Below are positions 7,639 through 16,790 of a stretch of 64,000 nucleotides of DNA, one piece after another (within the stretch, counting starts at the first letter, position 1; each line of letters opens with the position of its first letter). A program made the translations under genes and the position numbers. The DNA is from a virus. The stretch lies in IMG/VR virus record IMGVR_UViG_3300032285_002884. One strand, written 5' to 3'. The notes under the pieces are model-generated. The model saw nothing but the letters and a program-made list of their open reading frames with translations. It was not told the origin of the DNA and searched no databases.

Positions 7639-10155
7639 ATGAATTTCTATACACACGTCCATATCATGCGAGACTCGATCTACCTTCGCGGCTACTCTAA
7701 TGGGAAGCGCGTTCTAGAGACGATCGAATATGAGCCGTACCTGTTTGAGGTAACCGGACGCAAGTCCGAGTATTCTACCCTCGACGGAAAGCCCGCCGAG
7801 AAGATCCCATTCAAGTCCATGCGCGAGGCCAAGGAGTACGTCGAGCTATACAAGGACACTATGGGTAAGCGAGTCTATGGACTCACCAACTTCCAGTACG
7901 TCTTTCTCAACGATGAGTATCCGGGCGAGCTTGAGTACGACCCGAGTCAGATCTCGGTAGTAAGCCTCGACATCGAGACCGACTCGAGCGGTGGATTCCC
8001 GAACATCAAGGAAGCCGACAAGGCCATCACTGCGATCTCGATATCTAAGAACGGTAAGAAGATCGTCTTAGGTACTCGCTTCTATAAGTCAAAGTCGAAC
8101 GACGTCGTCTACAGAATGTGTAAAGACGAGAAAGACCTGCTCAATAAGTTCCTCGTCGTTTGGACACATGAGGACTGGGCTCCCGACGTCGTGACCGGCT
8201 GGAACGTCGAGATGTTCGACATCCCTTACATCTACAACCGAATCCGAGTCGTGCTAGGTGAGAAGAGCGCCAAGATGCTGTCGCCTTGGGGTCGAGTACA
8301 CGAACGTGAGATCGTTCGCGGTAAGTCTTCTTCTAATGCCAGCAAAGACCTCGAAGGTAGAGTAGACCATGTGTACGACATGGTCGGCATCGCCGTTCTC
8401 GACTACCTCCAGCTGTACAAGAAGTTCTCGTTTAAGAACCAAGCGTCCTACAAGCTCGACCACATCGCCAACGTCGAGCTCGGTGAGAGGAAGCTAGACT
8501 ACTCAGAGTACGGGTCACTCAACGACCTCTATGAGAAGAACTACGAGCTCTTCATTGACTACAACATCCACGACGTCGTCTTGGTCGATCGACTCGAGGA
8601 GAAGCTTGGTCTTATCAAGCAGGTGTTTGCCATGGCCTACGACGCCAAGGTGAACTACGTCGACGTCTTGACTACGGTGCGCCCTTGGGACGTCATCATC
8701 CACAACTACCTTATGGGCAAGAAGACCGTAATCCCTCAGTTCGAGAAGGGTGACGACGACTTCAACCTCGTCGGCGGTCACGTCAAGGAACCTCAGCTCG
8801 GTATGCATAAGTGGGTCGCGTCTTTCGACTTGAACTCACTCTACCCGCACCTGATCATGCAGTACAACATCTCTCCCGAGACGTTCGTCGAGAAGCTCGA
8901 CTCTTTTCCAAGCATCGACTCTCTGCTCGAGCGGTCGACAGACTATGAGTACAACGAGGAGTGGTCGTACGCCGCAAACGGCTGCGTGTACCGCAGGGAC
9001 AAGCTTGGGTTCCTTCCCGAGCTGATGCAGAAGATGTACGACGATCGCGCCAAGTACAAGAAGATGATGATCGAGGCGAAGAAGAGGTACGAGGAGACTC
9101 ACTCTCGCAAAGACGAGAACGACATTGCTCGATACCACAACCTTCAGCTCGCCAAGAAGATCCAGCTAAACTCGGCTTACGGCGCACTCGGCAACGCGTA
9201 CTTCCGCTGGTTCAACTTCGATCACGCCGAGGCCATCACCACTTCTGGTCAGCTGTCTATTCGCTGGATCGAGAAGCGGATGAACGAGTTCCTAAACAAG
9301 CTGCTCAAGACTGATAACTTCGACTTCGTCATCGCCTCCGACACCGACTCGATCTACGTCAACCTTGAGCCGCTGGTCAACTCGGTATTTCCAGGCGAGA
9401 CCGACAAGCTTAAGATCGTCGACGCCCTCGACAAGTTCATCGAGGTAAAGATCCAGCCGTTCATGGACAAGACGTATCAAGACCTCGCCGACTACATGAA
9501 CGCTCGTCAGCAGAAGATGAAGATGAAGCGTGAGACGATCGCCGACAAGGGGATCTGGATCGCGAAGAAGATGTACATGCTGAACGCTTGGGACATCGAG
9601 GGCGTGCGCTATGAGAAGCCAAAGCTGAAGGTGATGGGTATCGCGTCCGTAAGGTCTTCTACTCCGGCGTCGTGTCGCTCGGCACTCGAGACCGGCATCA
9701 CCAAGATCATGAATGAGGACGAGGAGTCAGTCATCGACTTCATCGCGAAGTTCAGGGAAGAGTTTGAGACTCTCCCGTTTGAGGAGATCGCGTTCCCTCG
9801 CGGTATTAAGAACATGAACAAGTATCGCGACAGCCTGACCATCTATAAGAAGGCTACTCCGATTCAGGTCAAGGGAGCCTTGATATATAATAAGTTCGTC
9901 CAGAAATTCGGCAACAAGTACATGCCGATCTCGGACGGTGACAAGGTAAAGTTCGCATACCTCAAGATCCCAAACATAGTCCATGAGCACGTGATCGCAG
10001 TTCCGGACGAGATGCCCGACGAGTTTGATCTCAACAAGTATCTCGACCGCGACATGCAGTTTGATAAGGGCTTCCTTGAGCCTATAAGGTCTATTCTCGA
10101 GGTTATCGGCTGGTCGACCGAGAAGAAGTCGACTCTTGAAGACTTCTTTGGATAA
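7639..10155 (+). CDS. gp43: family B DNA polymerase
   Basis: Exo DIET, SFDLNSLYPH, KIQLNSAYG and SDTDS motifs; C-terminal clamp-binding TLEDFF. Confidence 0.98.
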   Translation: MNFYTHVHIMRDSIYLRGYSNGKRVLETIEYEPYLFEVTGRKSEYSTLDGKPAEKIPFKSMREAKEYVELYKDTMGKRVYGLTNFQYVFLNDEYPGELEYDPSQISVVSLDIETDSSGGFPNIKEADKAITAISISKNGKKIVLGTRFYKSKSNDVVYRMCKDEKDLLNKFLVVWTHEDWAPDVVTGWNVEMFDIPYIYNRIRVVLGEKSAKMLSPWGRVHEREIVRGKSSSNASKDLEGRVDHVYDMVGIAVLDYLQLYKKFSFKNQASYKLDHIANVELGERKLDYSEYGSLNDLYEKNYELFIDYNIHDVVLVDRLEEKLGLIKQVFAMAYDAKVNYVDVLTTVRPWDVIIHNYLMGKKTVIPQFEKGDDDFNLVGGHVKEPQLGMHKWVASFDLNSLYPHLIMQYNISPETFVEKLDSFPSIDSLLERSTDYEYNEEWSYAANGCVYRRDKLGFLPELMQKMYDDRAKYKKMMIEAKKRYEETHSRKDENDIARYHNLQLAKKIQLNSAYGALGNAYFRWFNFDHAEAITTSGQLSIRWIEKRMNEFLNKLLKTDNFDFVIASDTDSIYVNLEPLVNSVFPGETDKLKIVDALDKFIEVKIQPFMDKTYQDLADYMNARQQKMKMKRETIADKGIWIAKKMYMLNAWDIEGVRYEKPKLKVMGIASVRSSTPASCRSALETGITKIMNEDEESVIDFIAKFREEFETLPFEEIAFPRGIKNMNKYRDSLTIYKKATPIQVKGALIYNKFVQKFGNKYMPISDGDKVKFAYLKIPNIVHEHVIAVPDEMPDEFDLNKYLDRDMQFDKGFLEPIRSILEVIGWSTEKKSTLEDFFG

Positions 10156-10166
10156 GGAAAGACAAG

Positions 10167-10445
10167 ATGAACATTGACGACGACTTTGGATTCTCACTAG
10201 TATCTGAGACTGAACTTAAAGCACACGAAGAGACTCTTAAGAAGAAAGTCGAGGAGCAGTCTCGAGTAGTCGAGAAGACCTCGAAGGAAGCTAAGGATAA
10301 GATCCACACGCTGCGTGACATGATCATGCCTCTTCTCAACAACCTATCAAAGGATCCGTCTAAGGAGTACATCCTCTGGCCGGATCGCGCAGCCAAGATT
10401 CAAGCATTTATCAAGAAGATCAACGACTTCGTGGATGAGAAATGA
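10167..10445 (+). CDS. conserved T4-like hypothetical (DDDFGFS...YILWPDR)
   Basis: AAGGA RBS; conserved motif. Confidence 0.75.
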   Translation: MNIDDDFGFSLVSETELKAHEETLKKKVEEQSRVVEKTSKEAKDKIHTLRDMIMPLLNNLSKDPSKEYILWPDRAAKIQAFIKKINDFVDEK

Positions 10446-11296
10446 TCGACTACATCGCTCTGTCGATAGCCCTCTCGGTGTCAGCTGTCTCGGGATACTA
10501 CTCAATCATCGGGTTGACTACTATCTTCTCGGCTTCTTTCTGGCCAGTTGTGGTCATGGGCTGCGTACTCGAGGCAGGTAAGCTCGTCTCTGCGTCTTGG
10601 CTGTACCGTAACTGGAAGACTGCGCCGCTCTTTCTCAAGTCATACCTTACACTGGCAGTAGTCGTCTTGATGCTCATCACGAGCATGGGTATCTTTGGGT
10701 TCCTATCCAAGGCACACATCGATCAACAGATAAACATAACTACCGGCAACGCCGATAAAGTACTCGTCATCAATAATAAGATCGATGTCGAGACTCAGAC
10801 AATCAAGGACATCGATCTGCAGATATCACAGATCGACAACGCAGTAACTAAGATGACAGACAAGGGGCAGGCCCAGTCGTCTCTGAACGCGGCAGACAGA
10901 CAGAGGAAGCTTCGAGATGATCTCACTAAACAAAAGAACGCACATGTCGATACGCTATCAAAGCTTAAAGAAGAAAAGATACCGCTTGAGTCTAGTCTCA
11001 AGAAGATGGAAGCTGAAGTCGGACCAATCAAGTACATCGCTCAGCTACTATTTACCGATGCTGGCAGCGAAAATCTCGAGAGAGCCATCAGAGGTGTCAT
11101 TCTTCTCTTGGTGATCGTGTTCGACCCTCTCGCGGTAGTCCTTCTCATCGCAGCGAACAGCGGGCTAGCTCGCAATCAAGTCGAAGAAGAAGTGAGACCT
11201 AAAAAGAAGCAGTTGACAAATAAGCCAAAACGTGATAATATATTAAAGATCGATAATAACAACATTACGCAGTTCATAGACAAGGAGAAGCCATGA
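10442..11296 (+). CDS. multi-pass membrane protein with coiled coil
   Basis: 3 N-terminal TMs, coiled coil, C-terminal TM (VFDPLAV). Confidence 0.8.
   Translation: MIDYIALSIALSVSAVSGYYSIIGLTTIFSASFWPVVVMGCVLEAGKLVSASWLYRNWKTAPLFLKSYLTLAVVVLMLITSMGIFGFLSKAHIDQQINITTGNADKVLVINNKIDVETQTIKDIDLQISQIDNAVTKMTDKGQAQSSLNAADRQRKLRDDLTKQKNAHVDTLSKLKEEKIPLESSLKKMEAEVGPIKYIAQLLFTDAGSENLERAIRGVILLLVIVFDPLAVVLLIAANSGLARNQVEEEVRPKKKQLTNKPKRDNILKIDNNNITQFIDKEKP
11213..11241 (+). promoter_or_regulatory. internal sigma70 promoter TTGACA-17-TAATAT for uvsX
   Basis: Consensus with TG extension. Confidence 0.65.
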
Positions 11297-12366
11297 GTAA
11301 TTTCTTTCGTAACTTCGTTGAGCAGATCAAGGACGACGATACCTCGATCATGGCCGACGGCAAGGGCTCAGCCGAGTTCAGCGGAACCATCGACACAGGC
11401 AGCTACATCATGAACGCTGTCTTGTCTGGAAGTCTCTATGGCGGCATCCCAAACAACAAGATCACTGCCTTTGCGGGTGAGTCAGCTACCGGTAAGACGT
11501 TCTTCGTCCTCGGCATCGTTAAGTCGTTCCTTGACCAGAACCCCAATGCCGGTGTAGTCTACTACGACACCGAGGCAGCGGTCACCAAGAACATGATGGA
11601 GGAGCGCGGCATCGACACGCAGCGAGTCGTCATCGCCGAGGTCGACACTGTCCAGAAGTTCCGTCACCACGCTCTCAAGATGATCGACTCCTATGAGAAG
11701 GTCAAGGAGAAGGAGCGTCCGCCTATGATGTTCATCCTTGACTCGCTCGGCCAGCTGTCGTCTACCAAGGAAATGGAAGACACTGCCGAGGGCAAGGAGA
11801 CCCGCGACATGACGAAGGCACAGATCATCAAGGCAGCCTTCCGCGTCTTGACTCTCCGACTCGCCAAGGTCGGCGTCCCTATGCTCGTCACCAACCACGT
11901 CTACGCTGCCATGGGTTCTATGTTCCCGACCAACGAGATGGCCGGCGGCTCTGGTCTCAAGTACTCTGCCTCCACGATCGCCATGCTCTCGAAGCGCAAG
12001 GAGAAGGACGGCAACGAGGTCATCGGCAACATCGTCCACGTCAAGATGTACAAGTCTCGTCTCTCCAAGGAGAACAAGATGGTCGACGTCCTCCTTACCT
12101 ACAAGGACGGTCTCGACCGCTGGTACGGTCTGCTCGAGTTGGCCGAGCGTCATGGCGTGTTCAAGAAGGTCAGCACTCGCTTCGAGATGCCAGACGGCTC
12201 TAAGGTCTTTGGTAAGACGATCAACGACAATCCCGAGAAGTACTTTACCAAGGAAGTGATGGCGATGCTCGAGGCTGCGGCCAACAAGGAGTTCCGCTAC
12301 GGCTCCGGTGACGAGCCGGTCAAGTATGACCCAGAGACCGGAGAGATCAATGAGACTGACGAATGA
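11293..12366 (+). CDS. uvsX: RecA-like recombinase
   Basis: GESATGKT Walker A, DSLG and GGSGLKY motifs. Confidence 0.95.
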   Translation: MSNFFRNFVEQIKDDDTSIMADGKGSAEFSGTIDTGSYIMNAVLSGSLYGGIPNNKITAFAGESATGKTFFVLGIVKSFLDQNPNAGVVYYDTEAAVTKNMMEERGIDTQRVVIAEVDTVQKFRHHALKMIDSYEKVKEKERPPMMFILDSLGQLSSTKEMEDTAEGKETRDMTKAQIIKAAFRVLTLRLAKVGVPMLVTNHVYAAMGSMFPTNEMAGGSGLKYSASTIAMLSKRKEKDGNEVIGNIVHVKMYKSRLSKENKMVDVLLTYKDGLDRWYGLLELAERHGVFKKVSTRFEMPDGSKVFGKTINDNPEKYFTKEVMAMLEAAANKEFRYGSGDEPVKYDPETGEINETDE

Positions 12367-12613
12367 GGTCTTCTACAGTCTAGATAGAAGGCGCAAGGGT
12401 GAGGTCAGAGTAGACGGCGACGTCTACGTCTGCCTCTTCTTTGAAGATGATAAACTGATTGGTGTCCAGCCATGTCCAGACAAGAGCATCTGGTGGGCTC
12501 GCGACGTAGCTGAGAACTTTACACTGGGGATTCTGAATGTCGATAGAGAAGGTGATCTTCGCGAACCTGCTGGCGACGGAGGGGTTCGGACGGAAGGTAA
12601 TCCCGTTCCTTAA
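12350..12613 (+). CDS. hypothetical protein
   Basis: GGAG RBS; KSIWWARDVAENF motif; overlaps the gp41 start. Confidence 0.55.
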   Translation: MRLTNEVFYSLDRRRKGEVRVDGDVYVCLFFEDDKLIGVQPCPDKSIWWARDVAENFTLGILNVDREGDLREPAGDGGVRTEGNPVP

Positions 12614-13940
12614 GTCTGAGTACTTTCTCGATCACGGCGATCGAGTAGTATTCGACGTCATCAACGAGTACGTCAACAAGTACAACGGCTTTCCTTCCAA
12701 GGAAGCGCTGCTCATCGAGCTCTCGAACAGGTCGGGAGTCGGTGAGAACCAATACAAGTCAATCAAGGAGACTGTCGAGTCACTCGATGTCAGAGGCGAG
12801 ACCAACGTCGACTGGCTCGTAGACCAGACCGAGAAGTTCTGCAAAGACAAGGCAGTCTACAACGCGATCATGGCGTCTATCCAGATCATCGACGACAAGA
12901 CGGGTAAGCTGTCGCCGGGGACCATCCCTCAGCTCCTCAGCGACGCACTCGGCGTAAGCTTCGATACGAACATCGGTCACGACTTCATCGAGGACGCCAC
13001 AGAGCGATTTGACTTCTATCACCAGAAACTAAACAGGGTTCCGTTCGATCTCGAGTACTTCAACACGATAACGAACGGAGGGTTGCCGAACAAAACACTT
13101 AACGTTGCTCTAGCCGGTACAGGCGTGGGTAAGTCTTTGTTTATGTGTCACTGTGCCGCCGGCAACCTAACCAAGGGACAGCGAGTGCTCTACATCACTA
13201 TGGAAATGGCTGAGAAGGAGATAGCAAAGCGCGTCGATGCTAACCTTCTCGATGTGACGATGGACGAGCTCTCGCTGCTTCCCAAGGACTTATATGACAA
13301 GAAGGTGGCAAAGGTAAGGGCCAAGACTGTCGGCAAGCTTATCATCAAGGAGTACCCGACTGCCGGTGCCGGCTCTGCCAACTTCAGACACCTTCTCAAC
13401 GAGCTCAAGATCAAGAAGAACTTCACGCCGGACATCATCTATATCGACTACCTGAACATCTGTCTGTCGTCTCGTCTCAAGCTCAGTGCCAACGTCAACT
13501 CCTACACCTACGTAAAGGCAATCGCCGAGGAGCTTCGCGGCCTAGCCGTCGAGTTCAACGTCCCGATCGTCACCGCTACCCAGACTACTCGTTCCGGCTT
13601 TGCCTCGAGTGACGTCGAGCTTACCGACACGTCAGAGTCGTTCGGTCTTCCAGCCACTGCCGACTTCATGTTCGCCCTAGTCTCAAACGAGAAGCTGGCC
13701 GACCTGAGTCAGCTTCTGGTCAAGCAGCTCAAGAACAGGTACAACGACCCTGCTAAGAACCGAAAGTTCGTAGTCGGTATTGACAGGTCAAAGATGAGAC
13801 TCTACGACGTAGAGGACTCAGCGCAGGAAGACTTACTCGACGGTCCAGTCTTCGACTCATCGAAGTTCGGGGATGAAGACAATGAGCGCGGTAAGAAGGG
13901 TAAGAAGTTCGACAAGTCAAAGTTTGAGGGATTCAAATGA
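12537..13940 (+). CDS. gp41: replicative DnaB-like helicase
   Basis: AGTGVGKS, IIKEYPT, YIDYLNI and TSESFGLPATAD motifs. Confidence 0.97.
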   Translation: MSIEKVIFANLLATEGFGRKVIPFLKSEYFLDHGDRVVFDVINEYVNKYNGFPSKEALLIELSNRSGVGENQYKSIKETVESLDVRGETNVDWLVDQTEKFCKDKAVYNAIMASIQIIDDKTGKLSPGTIPQLLSDALGVSFDTNIGHDFIEDATERFDFYHQKLNRVPFDLEYFNTITNGGLPNKTLNVALAGTGVGKSLFMCHCAAGNLTKGQRVLYITMEMAEKEIAKRVDANLLDVTMDELSLLPKDLYDKKVAKVRAKTVGKLIIKEYPTAGAGSANFRHLLNELKIKKNFTPDIIYIDYLNICLSSRLKLSANVNSYTYVKAIAEELRGLAVEFNVPIVTATQTTRSGFASSDVELTDTSESFGLPATADFMFALVSNEKLADLSQLLVKQLKNRYNDPAKNRKFVVGIDRSKMRLYDVEDSAQEDLLDGPVFDSSKFGDEDNERGKKGKKFDKSKFEGFK

Positions 13941-14152
13941 ACTGCGAAGTAGTCAAGTGGAACGACCGAAAGTTCTCAGTAGTCGAGAAGAGGACAGAAT
14001 GCATACTATCTGACTTTCCTAACCACAAAGATGCTAAGAACTACGCTAGGTTCTTAAACATGGGTGGTGGGTTTGACGGGTGGACTCCCTTCTTTATTTT
14101 GAAAAAAATTAATGTAGATGAGCTAGAAAATACGAGAGACTCGTATAAATAA
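13937..14152 (+). CDS. hypothetical protein (GGGFDGWTP)
   Basis: ATGA overlap with gp41. Confidence 0.7.
   Translation: MNCEVVKWNDRKFSVVEKRTECILSDFPNHKDAKNYARFLNMGGGFDGWTPFFILKKINVDELENTRDSYK
14144..14151 (+). promoter_or_regulatory. late promoter TATAAATA
   Basis: Exact T4 late consensus. Confidence 0.8.
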
Positions 14153-14156
14153 CTTC

Positions 14157-14310
14157 ATGATTATATTTTTTGATCATCTCGACGTGTTTGTGTCTGCAGC
14201 ACAAGTGGCAAGCCGTAAGGATTGGAATTGACAGGTCGCCGTCTAGGTAGGTGGGGTTCCTCCTGTCCGCGTTGTTAAAGCAAGGGAAGCTCGAAAGGGC
14301 TTCCCTTTTT
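14157..14310 (+). ncRNA. candidate structured, pseudoknotted ncRNA
   Basis: Own promoter and terminator; helices GACGTG/CGCGTT, TTTGTG/CACAAG, GACAGG/CCTGTC, TCGCC/GGTGG; pseudoknot GGAATT/GGTTCC. Confidence 0.55.
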
Positions 14311-14311
14311 T
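14282..14311 (+). terminator. Rho-independent terminator
   Basis: AAGGGAAGCTC-GAAA-GGGCTTCCCTT plus T-tract. Confidence 0.9.
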
Positions 14312-14356
14312 ATTAGATAAATATCATATCGCGGCTATGAGCTAATAGGATTAAGC

Positions 14357-15304
14357 ATGAAGTCTTTTAAGAGCTTTATCACCGAAGGCATAAGACAGGG
14401 TCTTCCTCACATCACTACTATGGACCATAACCAGATAAGCGATCTGGTTCACGGTGGAAAAGTCAAGATAGATCAGGCGACTGAGAAGACTGACGGATCT
14501 ACCATGATGATGGGCCACGACGAGCATGGATTCTATACACAGAGTTCGGGTTCCGGTGACGAGAGGATGAGGGAGCCCGCCGACTATATCGATAGAGCCA
14601 AGAGACGAGCTGAACAGACTGGTAAGCCTCTCGACCTGACCGCCGCTAACGCGTTCGGCGAGGCACATGCTCAGATGCAGGGCAACAAGAACCTTACCGA
14701 CCATCTTAAGCAGAGGGCTGAAGAGTCCGGCGGTGAGACCAAGGTCCGCGGTGAGCTATTCTCCAAGAGACTCTCCCGACCTTCTGAGACTCCTGGCGAG
14801 ATCAAGTTCGTCGGAACGTCTTACGACCCCAGCCACATGGGCAGCACCGGAAAGTTCGTCATCCATACCAAGCTCCCAGAGAACCAAGGACACGATGTCG
14901 AGAAGTTTAAGAACGAGTTGTCTACTCCCGGACTCAACTTCGACGACGACAACATCAAGGGCTTCAAGCCAAGCGAGATCGATGTCGCCAAGGAAGCCAA
15001 GGACCTCGGCAGCGTGAACAGGGAGCTCCTCTCTTCTAGGACTACCCCTAAGAACAAGGCTGCTAAGGAAGCCGAGAACGAGAAGCTGATGGAGATCAAG
15101 AAGAGGGTCTCCGACAAAGTCGACACACACATCAAGTCTCAAGGATTCTCTCCTAAGTGGGGTTCAGGATCCGAGGGTATCGTAGTCCACCCACCTAAGA
15201 ACTCGACAGCACCAAGATTCAAAGTAACGTCTGACGCATTCAGGGAGTACAAGGCTGACCCTGAGAACGCGAAGAAGTTCAAAGAAAGGACCCCGAAGCA
15301 ATGA
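14357..15304 (+). CDS. RNA-ligase-like covalent nucleotidyltransferase with capsid-targeting N-terminus
   Basis: Motifs I EKTDG, III RGELF, IV EGIVV, V RFKV; N-terminus MKSFKSFITE; ATAAATA at 14317. Confidence 0.75.
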   Translation: MKSFKSFITEGIRQGLPHITTMDHNQISDLVHGGKVKIDQATEKTDGSTMMMGHDEHGFYTQSSGSGDERMREPADYIDRAKRRAEQTGKPLDLTAANAFGEAHAQMQGNKNLTDHLKQRAEESGGETKVRGELFSKRLSRPSETPGEIKFVGTSYDPSHMGSTGKFVIHTKLPENQGHDVEKFKNELSTPGLNFDDDNIKGFKPSEIDVAKEAKDLGSVNRELLSSRTTPKNKAAKEAENEKLMEIKKRVSDKVDTHIKSQGFSPKWGSGSEGIVVHPPKNSTAPRFKVTSDAFREYKADPENAKKFKERTPKQ

Positions 15305-16785
15305 TCACTTTCAAGAACTTCATACTCAAAGAAGGCGGCAACATCAAGGTCAAGACCGTCGACGGCGAGGTAGCTGCGGCTCCGTTCAAGGTCAAGGACA
15401 GGTCAAAGCAGGCAGGCGATATCAAGGACGCTCTCGGAGCCATGCACGACTCCTTTAGTAAGGAGCACGGAGCAGACCTCTTTGGTAAAGGTAAGAAGGC
15501 ACTTAATTCAGGTTCAATGTTTGCTGGCTCGACTCGTCAGTTCATGGACTCCAGTATCCCTGATGATGAGTTCAAGAAGCACAAGCCGATCGTCGGCGAC
15601 ATCGACGCACAGTTCCCAGCTGAGCACAAGGACAAGCTAGTTACACACCTGACTCCTGGACGCAAGTTCGGTAAGTATACTGTAATCGGTACAAGGAAGC
15701 ACGGCACCGAGGTCTCTGCGGTAATCAAGCACGACAACGGCGAGCACCATCAGGTCGACTTTGAGCCAGTTCACTATCATAACGATGAGCCGACTCCAGG
15801 CGAGCAGCTTTTGCACAACTCATCATGGGAAGACACTAAGGCCGGCATAAAGGGTCTCCACCACAAGGTGCTCCTCAACGCAACGGGTCTCGACCACCAT
15901 AAGTTCTCTATCAGCCACGGACTAAGGTCTAGGTCTGATGAGTCAGACATGGGAGTCAAGGAACCTGAGCAGGTCACATCGGGACTGTTCGGCAAGAAAG
16001 CAGATCCGAGCAAGATAACGTCATTCCAGGGCGTAACGCAGCTCATCAAGAAGCACATCCCTAAGGAACAGCATCAGGCCATCTACGAGAAGTTCAGGGA
16101 CAGCGTAAGCAAGATGAAGGGTACCGACCACTCGGCAGCCCTAGCCCACCTCAGACAGCATCTGGACGTCAAGGACGCCGTCAGCGAGGAGAGCATGGGC
16201 GACCAGCACGCCTCGGCCATCCCTATGGTAGGTTTCAGCCCGATCTCTCACATGGGACACGCGCAGGACCTCGGCGGAGCGCTGAAAAAGCTTCCGGGAT
16301 CAAAGCACATCGGCATCTCCTCTAAGGCTGACGCTTTCTCTCCCGAAGAGAGAAAGTCTATCCTTAGCAGACAGTGGGGCGACACCGACAACAATCACGT
16401 CCATATCGTAGGCGGTGCAGGCGAGACTATCAGGAGAGCCCATGACTCGATGACTGGTCCTGGAAGAAAGATCCTACATATTCTCGTAGGTAAGGACAGG
16501 GCATCGTTTGCCGAGGGTCTCAAGAAGTCACTCGAGCAGGGCAAGATAAAGGAGATGGAGGGTCGCAAGTTCGACGAGGTCCACGTTCACTATCCCGAGG
16601 ATACCGAGCGGACCCACGGCATGAGCGGTACTAGGATGAGGGCGGCGGCTAACGAGGACGGCAAGGATGCCGCCGACGAGTTCCACCGCCACTTAGGTTC
16701 GATGTTCAGTCGCGATGAGTCGAACAACATCAAGAGCAAGATCAAGGCAGGAATCCAGTCAGGTAAGATCCCACTTAAGAGGTAA
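15301..16785 (+). CDS. two-domain nucleotidyltransferase (pol-beta-like + HIGH/cytidylyltransferase-like), capsid-targeted
   Basis: AGS...GDID...QVDF; then SHMGH, VGKDR, MSGTRMR; N-terminus MITFKNFILKE. Confidence 0.75.
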   Translation: MITFKNFILKEGGNIKVKTVDGEVAAAPFKVKDRSKQAGDIKDALGAMHDSFSKEHGADLFGKGKKALNSGSMFAGSTRQFMDSSIPDDEFKKHKPIVGDIDAQFPAEHKDKLVTHLTPGRKFGKYTVIGTRKHGTEVSAVIKHDNGEHHQVDFEPVHYHNDEPTPGEQLLHNSSWEDTKAGIKGLHHKVLLNATGLDHHKFSISHGLRSRSDESDMGVKEPEQVTSGLFGKKADPSKITSFQGVTQLIKKHIPKEQHQAIYEKFRDSVSKMKGTDHSAALAHLRQHLDVKDAVSEESMGDQHASAIPMVGFSPISHMGHAQDLGGALKKLPGSKHIGISSKADAFSPEERKSILSRQWGDTDNNHVHIVGGAGETIRRAHDSMTGPGRKILHILVGKDRASFAEGLKKSLEQGKIKEMEGRKFDEVHVHYPEDTERTHGMSGTRMRAAANEDGKDAADEFHRHLGSMFSRDESNNIKSKIKAGIQSGKIPLKR

Positions 16786-16790
16786 GGTAG

